DNA of 64,000 bases from positions 2,480,001 to 2,544,000 of the forward strand of contig CM039005.1 of NCBI GenBank assembly GCA_017499595.2. Direction: 5' to 3'. Made by a program: the position numbers and the translations under genes. Shown here piece by piece: positions 40,865 through 52,520 of this stretch. Under the pieces are notes generated by a model. The model saw nothing but the letters and a program-made list of their open reading frames with translations. It searched no databases and had not been told where the DNA came from. Position 1 is the first letter of the stretch, and every line of letters starts with the position of its first letter. This stretch comes from Psilocybe cubensis. Taxonomy: Eukaryota.

Positions 40865-42469
40865 CAGTGGGCAAAAAAACCGTTCAAGTGTTGGTCACGT
40901 ATAAAAAGATTAATTTATAACTTTGAAATTAAAAATGTTAAAAATATAAAATTATTCACAGATATACTATATGGTGTTAGCTAAAGGATGACACACTGAT
41001 CATGTGATTTGTCCAAGAATTGACCAAACAGCAGCATACACAATTTGCTAAGTCATTCGAACAGTTTTTTTGCTAGTAATTTAAATGCTATAAACTATGT
41101 ATTATTACATGATTTTGTTGATATACCAAACAACTATCAATAAAATCATGTGAATACATGTTGAATAGGTATATAATAGCTACAACCAACCTCTTTATCC
41201 CCCCAATCAAGCATGAAACCCCTCTCTAAAGCAACTATTGTTACTATTGTCTCTCTTCTTACTTCTGATCACTCCTATGCCTCTATCAAGGCCCAGACTG
41301 GAGCTAATGCTAGTTCTATCACCAAGATTTCCCAAGACTACTGTCCTGAGGCAGTGGTTTCCCATGGAGGACGCCCAAAGAAGCTGACTAGTGCCAATAT
41401 CACCTATACCAAGTGTGGAATTCGAACTGAACAAATCAAGAATGCTGTGCAAGCTGCCAAGTCTCTGGCTACTATTAATGGCCAGAATATCAGTCTTTAA
41501 ACAGTTAGAAATGCACTCAAATCAACTGGCATGGTCTCAGTGGCAAAACAAAAAAAGCCTTTGTTATCAAAAAAGCATAGGAGGGCTAGATTGGAGTTTG
41601 CAGAAAGGCACTTGGAGTGGACTGTGGATGACTGGGCAAGGGTCTGGTGGTCAGATGAAACCAAAATCAACAGATTGGGTTCAGATGGCAGAGATCAGGT
41701 GTGGATAGACAAGGAAAACAGACAGGACCCCAGGAGGATCAAGCAAACTGTGAAGTTTGGAGGAGGAAACTTAATGATGTGGGATTGTATGGGATGGGAA
41801 GGAATTGGATTTGCCACTAGAATTGATGGGAAGATGGATGCTCAGTTATACACTGAGATCCTAGGTGATGAGCTCTTAAAATCCTTGGAGTGGTATGGTC
41901 AACAGGTAGAAGATATCCACTTTCAGCAAGACAATGACCCCAAGCACACCTCAAAATTGGCCAAGAAATGGTTTGAAGAGCAGAATTTTAGGGTCCTCAT
42001 ATGGCCTGCACAATCTCCAGATCTCAACCCTATTGAACATCTATGGGAATAACTCAAAAGAAGACTCAATGAACATGAAGTCCCACCAAAGAGTATCCAT
42101 GAACTTTGGGAGAGGGTTGAAAAGGAATGGAATAGAATACCCAAGGAAGTGGTGCAGAATTTGATTGCTAGCATGCCTAGAAGGTGTGCAGCAGTGATTA
42201 AGGTCAAGGGTGGACATACAAAGTACTAGTAGATATGATTTATTGATACTCAAGTGTTTAGCAAAAAAACTGTTCGAATGACTTAGCAAATTGTGTATGC
42301 TGCTGTTTGGTCAATTCTTGGACAAATCACATGATCAGTGTGTCATCCTTTAGCTAACACCATATAGTATATCTGTGAATAATCTCATATTTTTAACATT
42401 TTTAATTTCAAAGTTATAAATTAATCTTTTCATACGTGACCAACACTCGAACAGTTTTTTTGCCCACTG
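40865..42469 (+). mobile_element. Tc1/mariner DNA transposon, 1605 bp, ~210-bp TIRs, TA TSD
   Basis: TA|CAGTGGGCAAAAAAA ... TTTTTTTGCCCACTG|TA; TIRs 40865-~41075 and ~42258-42469. Confidence 0.95.
41213..42229 (+). pseudogene. Tc1 DD34E transposase with two in-frame TAA stops (41498, 42050)
   Basis: WSDE, FQQDND-(34 aa)-E within WPAQSPDLNPIEHLW, C-terminal GGHTKY; single frame throughout. Confidence 0.93.
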
Positions 42470-43087
42470 TATTATCAAATTATTAAATAATTAACTTAAT
42501 AAAAAGGTAAGGGACTGGGTGAACTTTTGCTTGCCTGCAATAATTCTTGTCGGTCCCTTGGGTAACTTCTATTGATTGGGCTTTTACTATTTCTTCAAGA
42601 GATTTGTTGGAAGTATCAGCTTCAGATGCCTTGATCAAATCTTGTCAGAGCAACACTATAATCAGTGTGACAAGGCCACCAACAAAGATCAAGCAAGAGA
42701 GAGAGAGAGAGCGCAGAGGGAGAGTAAGAGAGCAGAGAGAGAATAAGAGAGTGAGAGAGACTCAATGATTCTAAGAGATCACACCAATGATAGTGGATAT
42801 CCTAAGAGATTGAAGCTGAAGCTACAGCTACCTACAAGTCCAGTATTTATACTCTACAGCTATTCTAGAATATTCTCTACATTACATCATAAAGGAAGGT
42901 TAAAGAATAAAAGTGACATTATATAGAAAAAGGATGAGTAAGACTAGGAATCATATAGAATTTACTAGAAAGAAGTGGAGCAAGAAGGCTGTGATGAAAG
43001 AAATAAACTATCTAATCAGATAATTGATAAGGAAAGGATAAGATAATTCTGTGAAAATAAAGAGGGGAAACTGGAGAAACCCTGACA

Positions 43088-46000
43088 TCACCCCCTTTCT
43101 AAGGCACATTTTCCACAATGTGCACATGGATGGGTTAGCTTAGAGGGTTTAAGAAGAGGAGGAGGTTCAGTAAAGTTAATAATAGGAGTGAAAGAAAGTC
43201 TATCAAAGGTCACAGCAGAAATCCTTCTAGGTGCTGAAGGATGTTTGGCATGGAAGTCCTTGATAGCCTTAGAAGCATTTTTCAAATGCTCTGCAGGCTC
43301 TCAAGTGCATTCTTCATTAGGATAGTTCTTCCACTTGACCAAATATTGAAGTTTGTTTCTAAAAAGTCTGCTGTCCTTGATAAATTCAACTTCCCACTCA
43401 GGATTTTCTCCTTGAATGACAGGAGGTGGTCTAGAAGGAGGCTTTCTTCCTACAATATCTGGGTGATAAGGTAGAAGTTTAACCACATTGAACACTGGAT
43501 GGATTTTCATAGTAGATGGCAGCTTAAGCTCATAGGCATTAGAGCTAATAACTTTGGTAATTTTGTAAGGCCCATATCTTTTATCATCCAATTTCTTGGA
43601 GGGTCTATCAGTTTTGAGATCCTTGCCATCCAACCATACCAAATCCCAACTTTGTACTGAGTTGGAATACCTCTGTGTCTATTATAGAATTTAGCCATAT
43701 CATCAGCAGCTTTTCTAAGTGCAGACTCTGCTTCTTTCCTGGCTTATTTTTCACAAAGGTATCCACAGTGTCCATTTTACTATCTCTAAGGGGTTCAGTG
43801 CTCATTCTGGGATGTCTGCCATTATTGAGCATGAATGGTGTCTGCCTGATTGAAGCCTGAACTCTATTGTTATAAGAGAATTCAGCTAGAGCTAACCATT
43901 CAACCCAATCATCTTGCCTATGGTTTATAAAGAGTCTAAGATACTGCTCAATTTCTTGGTTAATTCTTTCAGTCTGACCATCAGTTTGGGGATGGTAGGC
44001 TGTAGATGAGGCTGTCTGGATACCAAGTATTGAATTGAGTTCTTTCATAAACCTTGAGACAAACTGTGGACCTCTATCACACAGAATTTTAATGGGTAAG
44101 CCATGGTGTTTCCAGACATAATCTCTGTATAGTCTGGCTGTCCCTTCAGAAGTGACTTCATCTGTAGTAGGGATAATGTGGATCATTTTACTAAGTCTAT
44201 CCACAACCACCATAATGGCATTATACCCTTGACATTCTGGTAACCCCATAATAAAGTCCACAGAGATGCATTGCCAGACATCAGAGGGAATCTCAGTAGG
44301 AATTAAAAGGCCAAGAGGTTTGGCTGGAAAGGTTTTGGTTCTGTTGCATCTATCACAACCTCTGGTATAGGCTGCAATAAAATGTGACATTCCTGGCCAC
44401 CAATAATTCCTAGAGACTAGCTCAATTGTCTTCCATTTCCCTGGATGTCCAGCAATGAAAGCATCATGGTGCAGTTCCACAATTTTTCTTCTAAGATCTT
44501 TGTTTTTAGGAACATACACCTTCCCCCTGTAGAGAATAAGGCCTTGTTCTTCTGACCATTCCTGTCCTTCAATCTTCTTGGTAGAAGATTTCTTAAGCTC
44601 CTGAACTGCCTTGACCATCTTTTCATCCATCTTCTTAGCTTCTCTAATCTTCTTAAGAAGATCATTTTCTGCACCAGTAATAGTAGCATGACCCTGCTTG
44701 AGAGCCTGGATTTTAAAGTAGGAAGGTTTGAGGAGAACTACATTTTGGTTATTATTCTCTCCCTTTTTATGATCTGGTCTCCTAGACAAAGCATCTGGCT
44801 TAAGAGATCTTTTACCAGGCCTATGATGAAGAGTAAAATCAAATCTGGACAGGAAGAGTGACCATCTGGCTTGCCTTCTGCTGAGCTTTTGGGCAACCAT
44901 AAAGTACTCTAAGTTTTTGTGGTCTGTCCAAATCTCAAAGGAATGTTGGGTTCCTTCAAGATAATGTCTCCATTCATCTAGTGCTCTGATAATAGCCAGC
45001 ATCTCTTTGTCATGGATCTCATAATTCCTTTCTACTTCAGATAGACTCTTAGACATAAAGGCTACAGGATACCATTTCCCATCTGATCCTTCCTGAGATA
45101 AAACAGCCCCAGTAGCATAATCTGAACTGTCTGCTTCAACTTTATATGGCTTGTTATCATCAGGGAAAATCAAGACAGGTGAAAAAGTGACTTTCTTCTT
45201 TAACTGGTCAAAGGCTTCCTGCTGTCTAAGACTCCATCTCCAGACTATTCCTTTCTTTGTCAATTCATGAAGGGGCTTAGCAATGTCTGCAAAATCCTCT
45301 ATGAACCTTCTATAAAAATTAACAAATCCCAAGAATGATTGGACATCCTTGACATTTTCAGGTTCAGGCCATTTAGAAACTCCCTCTACCTTGACAGGAT
45401 CCATCTCAATCCTGCCTTGTGAAATGATTAGTCCAAGATATTCAATCTTTTCCTTTTCAAATTCACATTTCTCTGCTTTAAGGTAGAGTTTGTTCTGTTC
45501 TAAGATTTGCAGAACTTGCTTGACTACCTCTCTATGATGATCAAGAGTCTCAGTGAAAATTAAAATGTCATCCATGTAGACAATGACAACATTTCCATCA
45601 ATGAGCTCAATAAAGATATCATTCATCATAGTTTGGAAGGTAGCAGGACTATTGGTTAAACCAAAGAACATGACCAATGGTTCAAACAGCCCTCTATTGG
45701 TTCTAAAGGCTGCTTTCCATTCATCTCCCTTTTTGATTCTGATATTGTTAAATCCCCACCTAACATCAAGTTTGGTAAAGTATTTGGCTTTGCTGAGTTT
45801 GGTGATAATGTCAGAAATCAATGGAAGGGGGTAGGAGTTCTTGATGGTCATTTCATTCAGTTTTCTATAGTCCTGGACAAGCCTAAGAGATCCATCCTTC
45901 TTCTTGACAAAGAATACAGGGGAGGCCATAGGTGACTTGGAGGGTCTAATCCTGCCAGACTTCAGATTTTCCTCTAAAAAGGCATCAAGTTCCTTTTGTT

Positions 46001-46949
46001 CATTGGGAAAGAGAGGATAAATCTTGGATCTATAAGGTTCAAAACCAGGTTTCAGCTCAATAGCATGATCCCAAGGCTTCCTGTCTGGTAGCCTATCAAA
46101 AGATTCCTTTGAAAAAACACCTTTAAACTGGTAATAGTGCTTAGGGACAGTTTCTTCAAAGGTTTTCTTAGGAGAATCAGCTTGCTGATGAGACTCTTCT
46201 GCTAATCTTTGAGACATAGTAGAAGTAGCATTAATAGACTGCTTCTGAGGATGAAGGTATGAGATGAAAATTCTGTCCTCAGGCTCAATCTCAGAATCAG
46301 AAGAATCTTCAATAGAATCATCTTCTTCTTTATCAAATTGAGGGAGTTTCCTCCTTTTGACTGCAGCTATTCTCTGCCTCTTTCTTCTGGCTCTTTTGGC
46401 TTCCATTTAGCAGTCAGAGGGACATCTAATAAACTGAACATCCCCTGTCTTCCAATCAACATCTGGATTATGGTGCCAAAGCCAAGTATGTCCAATGATA
46501 GCAGATTTGTCTCCCAAGTCACAAATAGCAAAGGTGGCCCTTTCTGTATGGTTCTTGTGTACCATAATTAAGTCTACTTCCTCATGGATAGAGCCACTCT
46601 TGTTGAGAGTACCATCAACATTATAGACTGGAATGGCTCTAGGAAGTTTCCTTGTGTTGAGATTATGATACTTCACAAAACCAGAATGCAGAAAGAGGCC
46701 AGTAGCTCCAGAATCAAGCAAAGCATCAACAGATAACCTTTTCTCTGTGTCCATTGTCTTTAAGATGACAGACAAATGGGTAGAGGTTTTAGGATTATGG
46801 TTGAGGATGTAGATCTTTTCAGGGAAGGTAGAAAGAGAGGAAGAAGAAGACATGATTTCTGCACCAGAATCTGAAGACTGAGGATCAAGTCTGTCAATTT
46901 CATTTTTTAGTACATTAAATTTATTCCATTGGGACATGTCTTTCACCAA
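43088..46949 (-). pseudogene. Gypsy Pol (PR-RT-RNaseH-IN-chromodomain); stop at 46407-46409 and 3' frameshifts
   Basis: ALLDSGAT, VYMDDILI, EADSSDYA, ISVDFI...CDRGPQF...GQTERINQ, RYGPYKI, WEVEFIKDSR...QYLVKWKNY. Confidence 0.93.
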
Positions 46950-46957
46950 TGGTGCTT

Positions 46958-48067
46958 CTAAAAATTTTTCTTTTCCTCATCTTTCTGCTCCTTGCCTTCC
47001 AAGATTAATTTCCCAAAATAGTCAGCCAGTTCTTCATGGGTCATAGCATTGATGTTAACTGATGACCTGCAGTTTACAGCCTTATGACCAGGCTTTGTGC
47101 ACTTGAAGCAAATAATTGGCTTGACTGACTTCCATCCAGAGTCAACCTCCATGGGAACTACATCTGGTTGCTTTGCCTGAGCACCAAAAGTCCTTGAGCT
47201 GCTGTTGGAAAAGACTGGAGGATTTGGAGTAGGCTTAGGAACAGCCTTGGGAGTTGGGGCTTTAAGAAAGGGAGAAGAGGAGAAGGAGGAAAGAGACTTG
47301 GTAAAGGCCTCACTCTGCCTCCACTGCCTATCTAGCCTAGTACTCCATTTAATCCATCCATCCAAGGTTTTGGGCATGTCAGGAACATAGTAGACTGCAT
47401 TCCTGAGATTTTCATTAAGCCCAGCCTTGAATTGGTCTACCAAAGCAGCATCATTATACCCAGTATCTGAGATCAGAGCCCTGAAGCTAGCAATATACTC
47501 ATCAGCAGTCTGCCTGCCTTGCTTGAGCATGTGCATTTTATGCTTAGCTGTGTTGGAGGGGTCTGGATCTGCAAACACTTCCCTAAATTCATAAACAAAG
47601 TCAGCCCAAAGACCTTCTTGGGACTGAGCATTGTCTATTACTTTAGTCTTCTCATATGCCCACTTCCCAGCAGTACCTCCTTTCATATGAGATAGAGCAC
47701 AAATAATTTTCTGAAAGTTATCTGTAATCCCTTTCCCATAGAAATATAATTTGAGCTGACTGAGGAAGTTTTCTGCCTTCTCCATAGAACCATCAAATGG
47801 ATCTGGAGGTGAGACTTTAATGACAGAGTGTGAACAGGAAGGGGCAACATGAGGGGCAGGGAAAGAGTGAATATCTAGAGCAGCAGGTGGTGGTGGTGGT
47901 GGTGATGATGGTGACTGACTGACTGGTTGCTGAGGGTGTGGTGGAGTGGATGATGACTGCTGCTGCTGTCTAAGAAAATTCAACTCTTGGGTAAGGAGCT
48001 GGACCTGATGCATGAGCTCTTCCACAGAAGAAGAGGTGGGAGGCAATTGGGAGGGGTCCATGTCCAT
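46958..48067 (-). CDS. Gypsy Gag (retrotransposon gag domain plus CCHC knuckle)
   Basis: PDPFDG...FLSQLKLYF, LKQGRQTADEY, FKAGLN, VVPMEVD, CFKCTKPGHKAVNC. Confidence 0.92.
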   Translation of the reverse strand: MDMDPSQLPPTSSSVEELMHQVQLLTQELNFLRQQQQSSSTPPHPQQPVSQSPSSPPPPPPAALDIHSFPAPHVAPSCSHSVIKVSPPDPFDGSMEKAENFLSQLKLYFYGKGITDNFQKIICALSHMKGGTAGKWAYEKTKVIDNAQSQEGLWADFVYEFREVFADPDPSNTAKHKMHMLKQGRQTADEYIASFRALISDTGYNDAALVDQFKAGLNENLRNAVYYVPDMPKTLDGWIKWSTRLDRQWRQSEAFTKSLSSFSSSPFLKAPTPKAVPKPTPNPPVFSNSSSRTFGAQAKQPDVVPMEVDSGWKSVKPIICFKCTKPGHKAVNCRSSVNINAMTHEELADYFGKLILEGKEQKDEEKKNF

Positions 48068-50997
48068 GGGTAGGGGTAGGTAGGCTCTCTGATGTGTGTG
48101 TGGGAGAAGCTATCTACTGAAAGTGCCCTTGAAACTATACTAAGTACTCTAAAAAAATATCTATCTACTGGATACCCAGTTGTCACACCACTCAGGGCTC
48201 TAAACCTAGGATCACAGGGTTACTGGATATTTCCTAGACCACCAAAAACAGAACACTAGTAGGACTGTGTCTGCCCCAACAGTTGGTATCCCTATCTACT
48301 AAGTTCACACACAGCACACAACAGAGAGTAGGAAAGATGGTGAGCCAAAGGTCTTGAGGAAAAGGTCTTGAGGAAGATGTTGAAGGTTGGTGGAGAGGTA
48401 GAGGTTGCTAAAGAGATTGGTGAAAGGGTTGGTGAAGAGGTTGGTAGAGATGAAGAGTTTGGTGTTGAAAGAGAGATGGTGGAGTTGTCTTGAGAGAGCT
48501 TCAATCTTCTGTCAGGGCAACACTATAATCAGTGTGACAAGGCCACCAACAAAGATCAAGCAAGAGAGAGAGAGAGAGAGAGAGCAGAGAGAGAGTAAGA
48601 GAGCAGAGAAAGAATAAGAGAGTGAGAGAGGCTCAATGATTCTAAGAGATCACACCAATGATAGTGGATATCCTAAGAGATTGAAGCTGAAGCTACAGCT
48701 ACCTACAAGTCCAGTATTTATACTCTACAGCTATTCTAGAATATTCTCTACATTACATCATAAAGGAAGGTTAAAGAATAAAAGTGACATCATATAGAAA
48801 AAGGATGAGTAAGACTAGGAATCATATAGAATTTACTAGAAAGAAGTAGAGCAAGAAGGCTATGATGAAAGAAATAAACTATCTAATCAGATAATTGATA
48901 AGATAATGAAAGGATAAGATAATTCTGTGAAGATAAAGAGGGGAAACTGGAGAAACCCTGATACTGCCCCCTGTTTGATTCCCCCACCAGAAAATAAGGA
49001 CCATGAAGACCCTTGTATGTATTTGGAACAAAAAATGCTTTCATTATTTGAGTTAATAGGAATTAGTACTTGGGCTCTGTGGCCCAAGCGTTTGCTACAG
49101 GTACCATGCACCACGCTCTCCTCCCCTCCTTAAATTTCCTCCCAAGTTCATCCAGCAGTAAATGGACTGGGTCTTTGATATATAGGGGTTCTTATAACCA
49201 CATTTGTCTGTATCATGAGGGACATGCTGCATAGTCCAAACGTCAATGGCCGTTGCCATCCAGGTTCCCTCCTAAAGATAGGTTGCGTTATATTTGCATT
49301 TTTGGCATTTTTGGTGGGCTTTCGTTACAATTAATGTAAAATCTTCCACTTGCTGACTGTTCACGTCAGCATTTTATTTCTACAGTTGTCCTTGGTACAG
49401 AGGAAAGAGCAGTCCTGGAGACTCCAGTTTCTACTCTTACTCAGGCCATGCTGATTTGTAAAATCACGCTGTTGGTTAGTTTGGTTTTGGCAGGGGACTG
49501 TTTGATGGTATAGCATTGCATTACTTTATTTCCAAAATGATCTATCTAATGATTTGCTACCTAAAGACGGTTGCTCAAGGCATGTTATTGCGATCCCTGC
49601 CCTCCTTTGGTTTAGAACTGCAGGTGAGTAGGCAGCTTGGTATATCTCAAATTATACACTAACTAGCATCGATATATTGAAAAGGTGGTTGATGTGTGGC
49701 TGTTATGTTAAACAGGAATTCTACTATATTTCAATCCGAAGAATTCAGGCCTTTGACAGCCATTTTTATGTCTTTCACACTGGGATTAAATCTGTCGTGC
49801 GCTTGTAAGCCTCTGACATTCTTTAATACATCAATATATTTTTTAAATATATATGCAGACTTGATTGTTTGCAAGATTTGCCAGGTCGACAACCGTGGGC
49901 CCATTAAAGTAATGTTGGGATAGAAAAATATTGGGCGGTCGGCAGTGATTATAGCTTTGCAATCCACAACAATATACACTGCAGTAGTCAGCAGCTGCAT
50001 GACCGTGTACCTCTTCAGATCTACGGCCTACTATTCTCTGGAGTGTATCGTGAGTTATATGCTTTTAAAGATTCTCAATCACATTCAAACATTCTCTCTA
50101 GATGGTTCCCCTCATTGCATTAATCCACATATATTCTTTATTGAGTTTTTGGCTTTCTATTGTTGGAAATAGTAATGGGGTATTGGATTACATTTCCTCT
50201 CTTAACATAGTTCAGGGCCAAGGAATTGCAGAAATGGATAGGGGAGATAGGGGAGTTGTTCGTTTTGCCATAGGCACGGAGTCTCAAGAGGACGCTAGAT
50301 CAACTGAAATTACAAAAAATGCTATGGAAATGACTACAGTCAGGGGTCTGTCTCAAGCAGATGATTAATCAACAGTAGTGACTGTTGTCAGTTTGTTTTC
50401 CATTTATTAAAAAGCTCTTTTGAATTTTGAATAGCTCTGGACTCCTAACTTGAGAATTTTGCTGGCGTTGCCATCTTGATGAATGTGGCTGAGGTAAGAA
50501 GGCCCAAATGAGGCAGGCAAGCTCGCTTGTTTTCTTTACCTTCTTTCTTCCCTTTTTTTCCTTAAAGCCCTTGCATAGGCATCTGCAAAAGGCTTGACCC
50601 TTTGTAGAGAATAGCCGACTTAGGCAAACATAAGCACAGCACAGGCGCAGTTTGTCTGCTCCAGCAATGGAGGAAGCAGGGGAGGGAGCAACATTGTTGC
50701 AAACTCTGTTGGACTGAAGCACAGCACAGGCGCCTTCCAACATCTCTTTTAGAGAGCCTCTTTAAAAGGTCCTTTTTACCCAACAACATTCTTGATCCCC
50801 TTTTCTCCCCTTTGCCGTACTACATCTGCTTCTCCTTATTCTGCACCGCAAGAGCTTGTTGTTCCCCAGCATGCCTCCAACAAACATTCTGCTTGTTGAG
50901 TCTGCTTTCTCGACGACAATGGCGTGGGACAATATCAAGCTGAACAGGGGTGTGTTGCAGCATAGATGGAATCCCCTTCACTATAATTTGTTCACTT

Positions 50998-52047
50998 ATG
51001 GCCATGGAGGAGCGTTTTCTGACTGCGGCACTTGATGATCTGATTAGACCACTGGATTAACTGTCGCTGCTCGTGGTAAGTACATACAATTTGCCATTTA
51101 CGTCTGCAGACGCACGACTTACGCATTCCACAGATTCATCTCCTCCAAAACAAAAGGGAAAGGCAAGGGCAACATCTCTTCCAGAGCTTGGAAATGTTGC
51201 GGTGCATCGAAACTCAACAAAGTCTGGGGGGGAATGTCTATAGGATGGCGCTGGATGTTCCCACTGGCAAGGAGCATGTATCCCTAGAACCTTGGAATGC
51301 TGTTCTGACGACACCGGAACTTAGGCAGGAATGGGACCCAGCTGCGGAAAAGGCCCACTTGATAGAGCTATTCAACCGTAGCAGTCAAATATCCAAGACA
51401 AACTATACTCTTGGTTGGCCTGCAAAGTGCGTTGCTTGTACATACTGATTATGCATATCTGATTTCTTGTATTCAGCCCATGTGACTCTGTGACAATCTC
51501 CCGTGCTTTCTACGACTCCACTACTCTAATTGATATATCCACATCCCTTTCACGACCTCCAGATGAGCCTGCCTAACTCCGCCCATCCCTCCTTATGTTA
51601 GATCCAATGTCCAACGTGCGTAGCTTATCCTCTTAATATCTAACTTCGAATTCAAGCTTGTCCTAGTATTCTCTTGGTGTATACAACATATCCAACCTAT
51701 ACCTCCCGCCTCTCCAAACAATAAGAAATCAGGTTTGCCAGGAAGAATACCATTGACGTGTTTTTGGCTATACAATTTCTAAGCTCTCTGGGGCTTTGGT
51801 ACATCAATGGCGGCGCTGACTCAACAGTTGGCAACAATGACCCTCAAACATTTGAATCCTTCCCCTCCCTTTGCGGCCAACGCCCACTTCCGGATGTACC
51901 GGGCTCTTGAGAGGACACAAATGACAATGACTGCGCCGGCGTGCAGATCAGGGTTAGAGGCATATACGCCACCTTTCTTGACAACCAGCAGCTTAATGCT
52001 GCTGGTTCCCTCTCCACCGCCCCTTCTCTCTTCTTACATACTGACAC
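50998..52047 (+). pseudogene. START/Bet v1-like lipid-binding domain gene fragment, truncated by the KDZ element terminus
   Basis: LTTPELRQEWDPA.E.AHLIE...ISKTNYTLGWPA(N)PCDSVTISR...LIDISTSL..PPDEPA*LRP; introns retained; stops. Confidence 0.7.
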
Positions 52048-52520
52048 CACATAGGACAGTTGTATAATTACATACCTTACGATATATTTAAAATTGATGA
52101 ATTGACGTAATGCACGGGGTGATTTACATTAAGTACTAAACTAAAAATACCCCGTCCCCTATGGTCCAGCTGGAACGGCTAATTTTTCTCTTGCCACACG
52201 GGCTATTTATAAATAAATGGCCCCCTCGCTGGCCCATGACGGACCATGATATTTGCTCCGTCTGCGCATCACGGCAAAATTCGGAGCCGACTGCTCGCGG
52301 GACCCGTCCACGGGCCGTCATATTCTGCCCGTAAATGAATCACGGGATCAGTCCAAGCCATAATATTAGCTTGCAGTACCTTATCTAGTCCGAAAGTTAT
52401 GCTTGACGCGGGAAAATATGAGCCGTGTTTGAAGAACCCAGGACATAACATACCCAAAAATTACATTAATCAGTGCCTCCAATAATCAATTCACCTACCA
52501 ACCCACTGTTTTCAAACATA

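Larger units (their letters stand above)
39489..42642 (-). pseudogene. Crypton-like tyrosine recombinase gene with introns, interrupted by Tc1 and cut by the Gypsy LTR
   Basis: MRAAMTYGFG...GNPS, LAFVCLLKSDEVL (box I-like), FGTHSLRCGGCQW (HxxR), WGGW...TVVWYL (catalytic Tyr region), C-terminal CYTCGRTC. Confidence 0.8.
42643..48963 (-). mobile_element. Ty3/Gypsy chromovirus (Tf1/sushi-like), near full length, no matching TSD
   Basis: LTRs 42643-43087 and 48510-48963; gag, PR, RT, RH, IN, chromodomain; PPT agaaagggggtga; flanks AATCT versus CTGCC. Confidence 0.95.
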
